Assembly: GCA_965203275.1 (NCBI GenBank)
Contig: OZ241865.1
Coordinates: 1,408,001 to 1,472,000 of the forward strand
Length of the DNA stretch: 64,000 nucleotides
Direction: 5' to 3'
Source: Bdellovibrionales bacterium
GTDB lineage: Bacteria; Bdellovibrionota; Bdellovibrionia; Bdellovibrionales; JAUICD01
In this document: piece after piece, positions 39,147 through 49,739 of the stretch
Layout: every line of letters begins with the position of its first letter
Numbering within the stretch: position 1 is the first letter of the stretch
Program-made: the position numbers and the translations under genes
Notes under the pieces: model-generated
What the model was told of the DNA's origin: nothing
The model's input: the letters and a program-made list of their open reading frames with translations, nothing else
The model's database searches: none

Positions 39147-41072
39147 TTATTGTGTTGCCACTTTAATATATTGATTGCCTGACTTGCTCATTAAGCCTCT
39201 CTTAACAAAAGCCTCACCTATGATTTGGTAGACTTGATTTGAGTATCCACCTTGTCTTGCAAGGTTTAGTATTTTAACGCCAGCATCAGCAAAATCATCA
39301 GAATAAGACAAGTGAGATAAATGATTATGAAATAGTTGAGCTATCTTTGGTTTGTTTGTCTGTGGATGTGTATAAATGTCATACCATATAGAATTATAGA
39401 TAAAGCCCATGTTATGTATTTGTCCACTGCTACACTGAAACTGGGCCTGTGCAGTTTTTTTACTACACTGACGTGTCCGAATACTTGAAGTAATCAAAAA
39501 ACTATGAAAATCTGCCTGCCCCTCATTAATAGCACTATAGCACCCTAGGAAAGTATTACAACACCAAGTTCCATTAAAAATACTATCACATCTTCTACCT
39601 CTATACCATCCAGTCCGACGTTTATTAGCATAAGTAATATTAGCATGACCCGCCTCATGCATTATCAAATGCACACTAGTAGTAGGCATCATAACTATTT
39701 TATTACTATAGGATGACCAATACCCTCCCCATCCACCATTTACAATAGGACTACATGTTTTTGGATTATTGCATGGAGTTACTACATCTATCTCTTTATG
39801 ATCTGCATACCATCCACCAGCATTTAGCTTCATCCATTCTCTTTGATACATGAACCAATAATAGGCCATAGGTTGATATGCTATGCGACTGCTAGATCTC
39901 CATTTTCCATTTATTAAAGTAGCCCGTTCCAATGTTGTCTTATCTGAAAAAATATAATCAGGCCTTATTTTATAATGATTGTTTTCAAGATAACTACCTA
40001 CGTTATCTGTGATATTAACAGCATAATTAGGAGAACGTGATGCACTGTAAATACAGGCATTGTAATTTGGATTTGTCCAACAGTTGTTTATAATACGACC
40101 GACCATATCAGGAATGCGAATCGATGATGCTGGAGTTCGACCTGGAGTTGGAGTTGGACTTGGAGTTGGACTCGGAGTTGGAGTTGGAGTTGGAGTTGGA
40201 GTTGGACTTGGAGTTGGACTCGGAGTTGGAGTTGGAGTTGGAGTTGGAGTTGGACTCGGAGTTGGACTTGGAGTTGGACTCGGAGTTGGACTTGGAGTTG
40301 GACTCGGAGTTGGACTTGGAGTTGGACTCGGAGTTGGACTTGGAGTTGGACTCGGAGTTGGAGTTGGACTCGGAGTTGGACTTGGAGTTGGACTCGGAGT
40401 TGGACTTGGAGTTGGACTCGGAGTTGGACTTGGAGTTGGACTCGGAGTTGGACTTGGAGTTGGACTCGGAGTTGGAGTTGGAGTTGGAGTTGGAGTTGGA
40501 CTCGGAGTTGGACTTGGAGTTGGACTCGGAGTTGGTGTCGGAACCGGACTCGGTCTTAAAACTGGTGTTGGAGTCGGAGTTGGATCTGGTGTTGGAGTTG
40601 GACTTGGAAGTGGAGAGGGTTGTGGACTCGGAGCCGGTGTTAGACTCGGAGCCGGTGTTGGACTCGGAGCTGGTGTTGCTCCGGACTCAATCAAAACATC
40701 TATAACTTCACTATGTCCATTTTCACTTGCAAGTGATGTTGGTGTATTGCCATCATCATCTTGATAATTTACGTCGGCATTTTGTTCTATTAAAATCCTT
40801 ACAATATCTATATGACCATTCTGGCTTGCATACATTAAAGCCGTACGACCATCATCATCTACATAATCTATATCGACACCATTTTCTAAGGAATCCCTTA
40901 CCTTATCGATATTGCCATCTTTACTCGCACTGATCAAGTTTTGTTCTTTAGTGACCGGAGGTCCTGCTTTGTCTGGTGTTGGTGATGGTGTTATTGAATT
41001 GGATGACTTGCTTCCACTTCCGCATCCAAATAAACACAAACACAATAAGATAATAGTTATTCTTAGATACAT
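39147..41072 (-). CDS. Lipoprotein with ankyrin repeats, long Pro-Thr/Ser linker and M4/M36-like (gluzincin) metallopeptidase domain
   Basis: Lipobox [17 protein letters not shown] ankyrins; (PTPS)n; HEAGH…AINEGQADF…HNMG. Confidence 0.85.
   Translation of the reverse strand: MYLRITIILLCLCLFGCGSGSKSSNSITPSPTPDKAGPPVTKEQNLISASKDGNIDKVRDSLENGVDIDYVDDDGRTALMYASQNGHIDIVRILIEQNADVNYQDDDGNTPTSLASENGHSEVIDVLIESGATPAPSPTPAPSLTPAPSPQPSPLPSPTPTPDPTPTPTPVLRPSPVPTPTPSPTPSPTPSPTPTPTPTPTPSPTPSPTPSPTPSPTPSPTPSPTPSPTPSPTPSPTPTPSPTPSPTPSPTPSPTPSPTPSPTPSPTPSPTPSPTPTPTPTPTPSPTPSPTPTPTPTPTPSPTPSPTPTPGRTPASSIRIPDMVGRIINNCWTNPNYNACIYSASRSPNYAVNITDNVGSYLENNHYKIRPDYIFSDKTTLERATLINGKWRSSSRIAYQPMAYYWFMYQREWMKLNAGGWYADHKEIDVVTPCNNPKTCSPIVNGGWGGYWSSYSNKIVMMPTTSVHLIMHEAGHANITYANKRRTGWYRGRRCDSIFNGTWCCNTFLGCYSAINEGQADFHSFLITSSIRTRQCSKKTAQAQFQCSSGQIHNMGFIYNSIWYDIYTHPQTNKPKIAQLFHNHLSHLSYSDDFADAGVKILNLARQGGYSNQVYQIIGEAFVKRGLMSKSGNQYIKVATQ
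40140..40680. repeat. 6/12/24-bp coding tandem repeat (PT/PS linker)
   Basis: ggagtt/ggact(c/t) units. Confidence 0.95.
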
Positions 41073-41217
41073 ATACCTCTCTAAGCTATTTGATAGCCTT
41101 AAGTACTGTATCGGTATCTTTTCAAGGGACTTAACTGTTTTTGAGAATTTTTATAAGAAATATCAGCAACTTGTATCAAAATGATACAAAAAGTTAAGAA
41201 ATCGTTTTAAGATGATA

Positions 41218-41245
41218 CAAAAAAAGAGCTACCGAAGTAGCTCTT
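41218..41245 (-). terminator. Rho-independent terminator
   Basis: Minus strand AAGAGCTAC-TTCG-GTAGCTCTT followed by a T run, downstream of 41392-41784. Confidence 0.75.
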
Positions 41246-41391
41246 AGCTTAAAGGCAAATAAGACTCTAAGAATAACTGAGTCTAAACAATTTATCGGCA
41301 TGCTTTTAATCAGACTTAAGGAATTGTATGACAAAAGATAAAAAAGATTTTTATTTTGAAAGAAAAAAGCTTTAAGACTTCTAATGTGCGA

Positions 41392-41784
41392 TCATACGGG
41401 CTTTTCTTTATCTTTAGCATGTTCTTTTTTCACGTCTTTGCCTTTATTGATTAAAAGTCTATATAATTCATCGAACTTTCGATCGAAATTATCGAACTTT
41501 CGGTCAAATTTATCTTCCATGGACTTCATCTGTGTAGGTATATGATTGTATACTTGCTCTCTGATAGGCTTAATTGTAGCATCTATATATTGCTTTAAGT
41601 TACTCTCTGATTTGTTTACTAATTCCCTTAAGTTACTCTCTGATTTGTCGATCCGTTCATTAAAAGATCTAGTCGCTCTATCATAAAACATAAAGCCAAT
41701 AACAAAGCCAATAATAGATAGACTTATAATTGTCATTAGGTCTGTAGTTTTAAGTATCTCTAAAATAAAAACTTGCCATCTCAT
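41392..41784 (-). CDS. Small TM-anchored coiled-coil protein (NH(I/L)PT family)
   Basis: AGGAGG RBS; TM helix; NKSESNL and FDRK repeats; EQVYNHIPT. Confidence 0.75.
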   Translation of the reverse strand: MRWQVFILEILKTTDLMTIISLSIIGFVIGFMFYDRATRSFNERIDKSESNLRELVNKSESNLKQYIDATIKPIREQVYNHIPTQMKSMEDKFDRKFDNFDRKFDELYRLLINKGKDVKKEHAKDKEKPV

Positions 41785-41942
41785 AAAGGACCTCCTATTT
41801 GTATCTTAACATATATAATAAAAAAAGTACATCATCATACATTATTATCTAAAGCTAAAGCTTGTCTAGCAAAAAATACGGGAATATACTATGTATTGTC
41901 AGGGTTTAGTCTGACTTTAATCAAAATTTTATAGGGTTGGGC

Positions 41943-42051
41943 TTATTCTGTAGCTCCAGCCTCTTTTAATAGTCTTACAACCTTAGGAGGTTTTGATGAA
42001 TCTAAAGCCTTCCGACCATATATATTTTGAATATCGACGTCCGCTCCGGCT
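41943..42051 (-). pseudogene. C-terminal remnant of an ankyrin-repeat gene
   Basis: Minus frame AGADVDIQNIYGRKALDSSKPPKVVRLLKEAGATE*; no start codon. Confidence 0.7.
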
Positions 42052-42252
42052 GAATTTTTGATTTTATAACATCACATATCTAAAAAGTCAAGTCGTTTTT
42101 TTCACTCAAAATGAACTGGCCTCTGGCCACTTTTAGTGAAAAAAAAGTCCGAATAATAGTGTTTCATCTCTTAAAATATTTAAGTTTTGTCTTATTTTTA
42201 CCGATATTATTATAGATATGTACCAATTTAAGACATTTTAGGTATTTTAAAA

Positions 42253-45200
42253 ATGAAATCAATTTTTAAGACAGTGCAAGTCCATCAAAGTAGTTTTACA
42301 AGTATAAAAAGAACTCTTTTTAAGTCTAAAGGGTTATATATTATAGGATGCATTACTTTTTTAATGGTCGCATTTCAAAATTGTACGTCTGATACTGTGT
42401 CTACTAGCAGAGGCCCACAACCAGAACTTCCTGGAGAACTCCCTGGAGAACCTCCAGGGACAACTTCATCTTTGTCTTATGAAAAGGGTCAAATTATTGC
42501 TTACCTCCCCTCAGAGGGTGAGAGTATGCCCAAAGATAGATTTGATATCAATGCAGATGTCCATCTCAAAATGAGACATGTTCATCCTGATGCAGATAAC
42601 TTTAAGTGGACTATTACAAGAGGTTTTGACAGTATTGTGAATTCTAAGACCATAAACCAAAACGAGTATCAACATCGCTTCACACAGACAGGGAGTCACA
42701 TTTTATTTGCTACAGCTCACCAAGGAAGTTCTTCTGACTTATTGACTCAATCCATTAAACGGATTGTGGTTGGAGCAGAATGCCATTTAGAGAATATATT
42801 AGAGATGCAACTTCAGTCAGGCTCTTTTACCAGTGATTCTTCTGCCACTTTGACCTTGAGAGATGCTTCTGATTTTACAGATATTACGTGGAAAGTTATA
42901 TTACCTTCTGGTCAATCGGATCAATCGGAGCGGATTTTTAATGGTGCAACATTGACTATAGACCTGACAGGGGAACCATCAGGTGCTTTGATCATTGAAG
43001 TTTCTGCTGTGGATTCAGATGGATGTCTTGTCTATAGAAAAAAAGAACTTCAAGTCACAGAAAATCTGCAGGCCTACATCAATCCATTTCAAATAACAGA
43101 CGATGGTCAGGAAATTGCTGTCACACTAGAAAATAATAATATTTATAAATATAGAAGGCCTAGAGGAAGCATCCAAATTTTGAATTTAGATATTAAGAAT
43201 GCTGACAAATGCGAGTTTCAGCTCAATAATAGGAAGCGTTCTGTAATAAATTGTCAAGGTGCTATAGATATCAGTTTAAGTTCAAATACAGAGTGTCAGA
43301 GGACCCTTGTTAAATTCTGGATTTCTTCAGGAGATCAAGTTGACTCATCCTATCAATATTATAATTATTGTCCAGCCAATGATGGGCTTTGTTATTTTGG
43401 TTCTCTGAAAGAAAGTATGGGGCAACATTTTTGTTCAGAGAGTATTGCATTAGCAAGTGAAAGTGATCATCGTCCTGGTCTTGTTTCAGATAGAAGTATA
43501 GATGGACAATGTAACAATGCTCGCAGGAATGGATGTCTTACAGGTAATGCCGATGATGGTGCCATAGCAGATACAGAAGACTTTTACCGATGGCATTGTG
43601 TGGGAGTCAACAATGGGGAGACAGCCACAGACTGCCATAAGAGAATACCCATTAATGGGCAATGTGATAACTCAAAGAGAAACAGCTGTCTTGCAGGTCA
43701 AGTCAATGATGAGGTTTTAGAGGATACAGTAGAGTTTTATAAATGGCACTGTGAAGGGGAGCATGGAGGGACAACAGCTACAGATTGTCAAAAAAATGCA
43801 CTTTCAGCTGTGGTTATTCAACCTTCACCCATTCCATCACCTTCTATTGCACAATCGCAATCACTACAACCTGTCAATGGACAATGTGATAATTCTAGCA
43901 GGAATGGATGCCAGGCAGGTACAGTCAATGCTGGGGCTGTTGCAGATACAGACACTCATTATAAATGGCGATGTGATGGGCAACACGGAGGACGCAATTC
44001 TGGCACTTGTCAAAAAAGCAAACCTTGTCCTGCCCATCATCAGCGAGTCAACAATCAATGTCTCCCTTCTTGTGGACACAAAGGAGGCCCTGATGCTGTT
44101 TCAGGCAATGCTTGTAGTGATACTGAAAACTACGAAATAACTATTATAAGTGGTGTCTATGATGTTAGTCTTTGTTGTACCAGAACACGTAAAATCAATG
44201 GACAGTGTGATAACTCTCGTAGGAATGGATGCCGTGCAGGTACAGCCAATGCTGGGGCTGTGGCTGATACAAGCACACTTTATAAATGGCGATGTGATGG
44301 ACAACATGGAGGTCGCAATTCTGGCACTTGTCAAATCAGAATACCAATCAATGGACAGTGTAACAATTCTCGTAGGAATGGATGCCAGGCAGGTACGGCA
44401 AATGCTGAGGCTGTGGCTGATACAAGCACACTTTATAAATGGCGATGTGATGGGCAGCATGGAGGTCGCAATTCTGGCACTTGTCAAAAAAGCAAACCTC
44501 CTGCACCTGTCAATGGACAGTGTGATAACTCTCGTAGGAATGGATGCCAAGCAGGTACAGCAAACGCTGGAGCTGTGGCTGATACAAGCACACACTATAA
44601 ATGGCGGTGTGATGGACAGCATGGAGGTCGCAATTCTGGACAATGCCTTAAAATAAAACCTTGTCCTGCCCATCATCAGCGAGTCAACAATCAATGTCTC
44701 CCTTCTTGTGGACATAAAGGAGGCCCTGATGCTGTTTCAGGCAATGCTTGTAGTGATACTGAGAACTATGAAATAACTATTATAAGTGGTGTCTATGATG
44801 GCCCTTGTTGTACCAGAACACGTAAAGTCAATGGACAATGTGATAACTCTCGTAGGAATGGATGTCAAGCAGGTACAGCTAATGATGAAGCTGTGGCTGA
44901 TACAAACACACTTTATAAATGGCATTGTGAAGGGGAGCATGGAGGGACAACAGCTACAGATTGTCAAAAAACTGCACCTTCAGCTGTGGTTATTCATCCT
45001 TCACCTATTCCATCACCTTCTATTGCACGATCGCAATTACTACAACCTGTCAATGGACAATGTGATAACTCTCGTAGGAATGGATGTCAAGCAGGTACAG
45101 CTAACGACAATGCTGTGGCTGATACAGGCACACTTTATAAATGGCGATGTGATGGACAACACGGAGGGCAGAATTCTGGCACTTGTCAAAAAAATAAACC

Positions 45201-46701
45201 CCCAGCACCTGTCAATGGACAATGTGATAACTCTCGTAGGAATAGATGTCGTACAGGTACAGCCAACGACAATGCTGTTGCTGATACAGGCACACTTTAT
45301 AAATGGCGATGTGATGGACAGCACGGAGGTCGCAATTCTGGCACTTGTCAAAAAAATAAACCTCCAGCACCTGTCAATGGACAATGTAACAATAATCAGA
45401 GGAATGGATGTCGTGCAGGCAGTGCGACTTCTGCTAGTGTAAGTGGTAACTATGATGTGTGGTATTGTACTGGACAAAATGGTGGTAGCCGATCAGGACG
45501 ATGCAGTAAACTAAGACCCATCAATGGACAGTGTGACAATAATCGTAGGAATGGATGTCGTGCAGGCAGTGCGACTTCTGCTAGTGTAAGTGGTAACTAT
45601 GATGTGTGGTATTGTACTGGACAAAATGGTGGTAGCCGATCAGGACAATGCCGTAAACCAAGACCAATCAATGGACGATGTAACAATAATAGTAGATATA
45701 GATGTCATGAGGGCAGTCCGACTTCTACTGGTACAAGTGGTGACTCTTATGTATGGTATTGTAGTGGACGAAATGGTGGTAGCCGATCAGGACGATGTCG
45801 TAAAGCAAGACCCATCAATGGACGATGTAACAATAATCATAGGAATAGATGTCATGAAGGCAGTCCGACTTCTACTGGTACAAGTAGTGACTCTTATGTA
45901 TGGTATTGTAGTGGACGAAATGGTGGTAGCCGATCAGGACAATGCCGTAAACCAAGACCAATCAACGGACGATGTAACAATAATAGTAGGTATAGATGTC
46001 ATGAGGGCAGTCCGACTTCTACTGGTACAAGTGGTGACTCTTATGTATGGTATTGTAGTGGACGAAATGGTGGTAGTCGATCAGGAAAATGTCAAATAAG
46101 AAGACCAATCACTGGACAATGTAATAATTCTCAGAGGAATAGATGCAGTAGAGGCAGTCCGACTTCTACTGGTACAAGTGGTAACTATTATGTATGGTAT
46201 TGTAGTGGACGAAATGGTGGTAGTCGATCAGGACGATGTCAAATAAGAAAACCAATTGATGGACGATGTAGTTCTAATAGAAATAGATGCAGTGCGGGTA
46301 CATTTAGGGCTATTGCTGATACAAGTGCTTATTACAGATGGCGGTGTGATGGACAACACGGAGGTCGCAGTTCAGGCACTTGTCAAAAGTCCAGATGTAA
46401 CCCTCCTCACACTATATTAAGAAGTGGCCGCTGTATCCCTTCTTGTGGACATAAAGGAGGCCGTAATGCTGTTTCAGGCAATGCTTGTAGAGATACAAGC
46501 AATTATAATATAAATATGATCAGAGGTGTCTATGATGGTCCTTGTTGCACCAGAACCCCTAAACCTAAATCAGCACGTTGCAGAGACGGTGATCATTTTG
46601 GTGGTTGTGTTATGTGCGTGCATGGTCGTCGAATGAATTGTAATCAAAATCGAGAATGTCACCATTATCCAAATCTTCCTCGTGGATGTCGTGATGAATA
46701 A
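42253..46701 (+). CDS. Large Cys-rich repeat surface protein/adhesin (FQNC lipoprotein-like leader; PKD/Ig-like N-region; ~17 P(V/I)NGQCxN…W(R/Y/H)CxG repeats)
   Basis: VAFQNC leader; repeated ~48-52-aa four-Cys modules and three CLPSCGHKGG-type modules. Confidence 0.85.
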   Translation: MKSIFKTVQVHQSSFTSIKRTLFKSKGLYIIGCITFLMVAFQNCTSDTVSTSRGPQPELPGELPGEPPGTTSSLSYEKGQIIAYLPSEGESMPKDRFDINADVHLKMRHVHPDADNFKWTITRGFDSIVNSKTINQNEYQHRFTQTGSHILFATAHQGSSSDLLTQSIKRIVVGAECHLENILEMQLQSGSFTSDSSATLTLRDASDFTDITWKVILPSGQSDQSERIFNGATLTIDLTGEPSGALIIEVSAVDSDGCLVYRKKELQVTENLQAYINPFQITDDGQEIAVTLENNNIYKYRRPRGSIQILNLDIKNADKCEFQLNNRKRSVINCQGAIDISLSSNTECQRTLVKFWISSGDQVDSSYQYYNYCPANDGLCYFGSLKESMGQHFCSESIALASESDHRPGLVSDRSIDGQCNNARRNGCLTGNADDGAIADTEDFYRWHCVGVNNGETATDCHKRIPINGQCDNSKRNSCLAGQVNDEVLEDTVEFYKWHCEGEHGGTTATDCQKNALSAVVIQPSPIPSPSIAQSQSLQPVNGQCDNSSRNGCQAGTVNAGAVADTDTHYKWRCDGQHGGRNSGTCQKSKPCPAHHQRVNNQCLPSCGHKGGPDAVSGNACSDTENYEITIISGVYDVSLCCTRTRKINGQCDNSRRNGCRAGTANAGAVADTSTLYKWRCDGQHGGRNSGTCQIRIPINGQCNNSRRNGCQAGTANAEAVADTSTLYKWRCDGQHGGRNSGTCQKSKPPAPVNGQCDNSRRNGCQAGTANAGAVADTSTHYKWRCDGQHGGRNSGQCLKIKPCPAHHQRVNNQCLPSCGHKGGPDAVSGNACSDTENYEITIISGVYDGPCCTRTRKVNGQCDNSRRNGCQAGTANDEAVADTNTLYKWHCEGEHGGTTATDCQKTAPSAVVIHPSPIPSPSIARSQLLQPVNGQCDNSRRNGCQAGTANDNAVADTGTLYKWRCDGQHGGQNSGTCQKNKPPAPVNGQCDNSRRNRCRTGTANDNAVADTGTLYKWRCDGQHGGRNSGTCQKNKPPAPVNGQCNNNQRNGCRAGSATSASVSGNYDVWYCTGQNGGSRSGRCSKLRPINGQCDNNRRNGCRAGSATSASVSGNYDVWYCTGQNGGSRSGQCRKPRPINGRCNNNSRYRCHEGSPTSTGTSGDSYVWYCSGRNGGSRSGRCRKARPINGRCNNNHRNRCHEGSPTSTGTSSDSYVWYCSGRNGGSRSGQCRKPRPINGRCNNNSRYRCHEGSPTSTGTSGDSYVWYCSGRNGGSRSGKCQIRRPITGQCNNSQRNRCSRGSPTSTGTSGNYYVWYCSGRNGGSRSGRCQIRKPIDGRCSSNRNRCSAGTFRAIADTSAYYRWRCDGQHGGRSSGTCQKSRCNPPHTILRSGRCIPSCGHKGGRNAVSGNACRDTSNYNINMIRGVYDGPCCTRTPKPKSARCRDGDHFGGCVMCVHGRRMNCNQNRECHHYPNLPRGCRDE

Positions 46702-46815
46702 AAATCCATAATAAAAAAAGTTTATCTTGCTACACACCTTACTTTGAATCTTCAACAGATCACAAACACGTGTTGATACCAGGATTTATTAAAAATAGCT
46801 AACCTAAGTGAATTG

Positions 46816-47547
46816 TTAAGGCTTAGCAGTAAGGGTAATACCAAACCTGACAATATTGATAAATTTATCTTCTGGTGGAGGAAAGGGCGAGGCTGTATCA
46901 ATAGCCGATAGAACAATTTGATCAAATCGAGGATCACCAGAAGATTCTATCAGTTGTCTTTCAATAACATATCCATCGGCATCCAAGTAAACTTTTACAA
47001 CTGTGGCTAACTGTTCAGATATAGCAAGCCATTGAGGTAACTTCCAGTGAGATTGGATGTGCAGATGCAATCTTCCTATATAATTATTATAATCTAATTG
47101 ATCAATCCCCTGCAAAGCCGTGCCTGGAGCCAGACGATTGCCTTTGATGATGTTTTGTTTGGCTTCTATTTTTTTAAGATGCTTGAGCCTTTCTATAGCA
47201 TTTTGGCCCACTTGATATAATTGTTCATAATTTTCTTGTGGTTTTGGAGGTTTTTTAGCCTGTACTTTATTAGCCTTGGGCTGTTGTTTTTTTTTCAATG
47301 CTTGGATGTTTGGAGGTTTCAAAGGAGGGGTTGATTTTTTCACCTCTGATGCTTTTTGAACTGTTGTTTTTGCCGGAGGTAAGGGTGTGATTTTCTTTGG
47401 TATTTGTTTATCAGGCAAAGCAACTATGTCTACCTTAATAGCAGGAATATAATCGACTGAATGATGCCCTAAGAAAAATATATTAGTCACTAATAAAAAA
47501 ATAAAAACAACATGCAACAAAATAGATTGTATCAAGTAATGTGTCAT
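46816..47547 (-). CDS. TolA/TonB C-terminal domain protein
   Basis: N-terminal TM with SxxLH, Pro/Lys-rich linker, HWKLP…SSGDPRFD…ASPFPPP. Confidence 0.85.
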   Translation of the reverse strand: MTHYLIQSILLHVVFIFLLVTNIFFLGHHSVDYIPAIKVDIVALPDKQIPKKITPLPPAKTTVQKASEVKKSTPPLKPPNIQALKKKQQPKANKVQAKKPPKPQENYEQLYQVGQNAIERLKHLKKIEAKQNIIKGNRLAPGTALQGIDQLDYNNYIGRLHLHIQSHWKLPQWLAISEQLATVVKVYLDADGYVIERQLIESSGDPRFDQIVLSAIDTASPFPPPEDKFINIVRFGITLTAKP

Positions 47548-47604
47548 TTTTTTTGGACCTTTTATTATCTAACTTCGATGATCTTTGTCTACCCATACGT
47601 ATTT

Positions 47605-48402
47605 TATTTGCACTAAAAGTAAACTAGCCTCTGGCTACTTTCTGGCGATGACCACGATGGCTTTCGCCATCGATAAAATGGTCATCGCCTAGAAAACCTG
47701 ACCACTTTTAGTAGGAGGATCCTTTCCTCTTTTAACACCATGTTAAGGAAAACATCCTTCTAATGGTTTGCCCGACGGCTCTCGCCGTCGACAAAGGCTG
47801 ATTGCCTCAAAAACCGTTTATTTTTAGTAGGGGAGGATCTCTTCGTTTCTTTACATGATGTTAGGAAAAAATTTCCTTTATTGCAACTCGCTTGCTCCTT
47901 AAAAACATTTTAGAGGCATATCTTATTTCCCTAACATGGTGTCAAGAAGCAAGGAGATCCTCCCTACTCAAAATGAGCATATTTTTGAGGCATTGCTCTT
48001 TTTAGACAGCGTGAGCTGTCAGAGCAATGCCCAAAAACACACCAGAGGTGTGGCTCATTTTGAGTGAAATGTTAAGGAAAAAGAACTTCATTCGTAAATC
48101 CGCTTGCTCCTTAAAAGCATTTTAGAAGCATATCTTGTTTCCCTAACATGGTGTCAGAAGCAAGGAGATCCTCCCTACTCAAAATGCATAGATTTTTGAG
48201 GCAATGACCATTTTGCCAACGGCGTAAGCCGTTGCGGTCATTGCCCAACAGTGGCCAGAGGCCAGTTCACTTTGAGTGAAACAACTCCCTCCCTACTAAA
48301 AGTAAACGGATTTTTGAGGCAATCAGCCTTTGATCGACGGCGTGAGCCGTCGGGCTGATTGCCCAAAAACAGCCAGAGGCTGGTTTACTTTTAGTGAAAC
48401 AG
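47605..48402. repeat. Cluster 3 of structured repeat elements (minus units ~47611-47714 and partial 47770-47830; plus units 47964-48070, 48175-48282, 48293-48400)
   Basis: Same fold and invariant loops as cluster 1; divergent (back-to-back) arrangement. Confidence 0.9.
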
Positions 48403-48503
48403 TTGAGTTTTCTTGACATATCCCACAAAATAATCTAATATAATATATAAGGGAATTTTTATTCTGATATATAGTTCAGGGACAATTAGCACACGGGGGA
48501 AAA

Positions 48504-48776
48504 ATGAGTTACTTAGTTTTGTGGGAGAAAATAGATAAATATTTTAAACAGCATGGCATGATCACTTTTATTGTTCTATGTATGTTTATTTTACTTTTTT
48601 ATTTAACTTATCAAGTAACTAATCATCTCCCTACAGAAATCAGAGAGGTGAAGATAGAGCTTAAAGAAGACATTAAAGAGCTTAGGATAGAGCTTAAAGA
48701 AGACATTAAAGAAATTAAAGATGGGCAAGATATGATCATTAATCATTTACTTAATAATAATAAAAAAGGTCAATAA
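48504..48776 (+). CDS. Small TM-anchored coiled-coil protein (NH(I/L)PT family)
   Basis: TM helix, YQVTNHLPT, IELKEDIKE x2; TTGACA/TATAAT-like promoter at ~48414-48445. Confidence 0.75.
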   Translation: MSYLVLWEKIDKYFKQHGMITFIVLCMFILLFYLTYQVTNHLPTEIREVKIELKEDIKELRIELKEDIKEIKDGQDMIINHLLNNNKKGQ

Positions 48777-48879
48777 AAAAACAATCTCCTCACTGATTCC
48801 GCCGATAAAAATAATGCCGTTCGACTCATAACCTACTGATTTTAATCAACTTTATTTTTGCTGGCTATCAAACTCAGGA

Positions 48880-49100
48880 AGTTACGCAGAATCTAAAAAA
48901 AAACAAAAAAAAGAAATCTTGTTTCCCTAACATGATGTTAAAAAACGAGGAGATCCTCCTTACTAAAAGTAAACGGACTTTTGAGGCATTGCTCTTTTTA
49001 GACAGCGATAGCTGTCAGAGCAATGTCCAAAAGCAACCAGAGGTTGGTTTACTTTTAGTGAACCAGAGGCATGATTTATTTTGAGTGAAACAACTCCTCC
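48880..49100 (+). repeat. Structured repeat unit (48961-49063) plus extra 3' tail, abutting the RpnS array
   Basis: gttacgcagaatcta module, TAACA/TGTTAA palindrome, full unit, then CCAGAGG…GTGAAAC tail. Confidence 0.85.
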
Positions 49101-49487
49101 TAGGCCTTTTGAAGGTCTGATACTTCTTGTTTGGAAAGTCCTGTAGCTTTGCAAATAGCTTGAATATCTACATGACCCGACTTAAGAAGATTTAAAGCAA
49201 CTTCTTTTAACCCTTCTTGTCGACCCTTTTCCATACCTCTTTCCATACCTCTTTCCATACCCTTTTCCATACCCTTTTGAAGGTCTGATACTTCTTGTTT
49301 GGAAAGTCCTGTAGCTTTGCAAATAGCTTGAATATCTACATGACCCGACTTAAGAAGATTTAAAGCAACTTCTTTTAACCCTTCTTGTCGACCCTTTTCC
49401 ATACCTCTTTCCATACCTCTTTCCATACCCTTTTCCATACCCTTTTCCATACCTTCTTGTATGGCTCTTGAATAAGTACTTGGCCAT
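49100..49487 (-). pseudogene. RpnS-like copy 3 (1-nt insertion after ATG 49487; ORF 49100-49450 with internal 168-bp duplication)
   Basis: GGAGGAAATA-ATG-G-CCAAGT versus ATG-CCAAGT in the other copies; two GRQEGLKEVALNLLKSG…DLQK modules. Confidence 0.7.
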
Positions 49488-49496
49488 TATTTCCTC

Positions 49497-49730
49497 CTAG
49501 GCCTTTTGAAGGTCCGATACTTCTTGTTTGGAAAGTCCTGTAGCTTTGCAAATAGCTTGAATATCTACATGACCCGACTTAAGAAGATTTAAAGCAACTT
49601 CTTTTAACCCTTCTTGTCGACCCTTTTCCATACCTCTTTCCATACCTCTTTCCATACCCTTTTCCATACCTTCTTCTCTACCCTTTTCCATACCTTCTTG
49701 TATGGCTCTTGAATAAGTACTTGGCATCAT
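49497..49730 (-). CDS. RpnS-like copy 2 (free-standing duplicate of the Rpn C-terminus)
   Basis: Identical to the last 76 aa of 49740-50723; own GGAGG RBS; 243-bp repeat period. Confidence 0.8.
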   Translation of the reverse strand: MMPSTYSRAIQEGMEKGREEGMEKGMERGMERGMEKGRQEGLKEVALNLLKSGHVDIQAICKATGLSKQEVSDLQKA

Positions 49731-49739
49731 TATTTCCTC

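Noticed and set aside
40084..40764. Plus-strand ORFs (GVGLGV… and ELDSEL…)
   Set aside because: Antisense shadows of the PT/PS repeat in 39147-41072.
43751..46099. Several 130-220-aa alternative-frame ORFs
   Set aside because: Shadow frames of the Cys-rich repeat gene.
47605..49100. Hammerhead ribozyme, tRNA-like or classical integron attC identity for the structured units
   Set aside because: GAAAC is present but there is no CUGANGA core; no tRNA D/T-loop consensus; no RYYYAAC/GTTRRRY box pair, and no integrase in the window. A distant functional analogy is not excluded.
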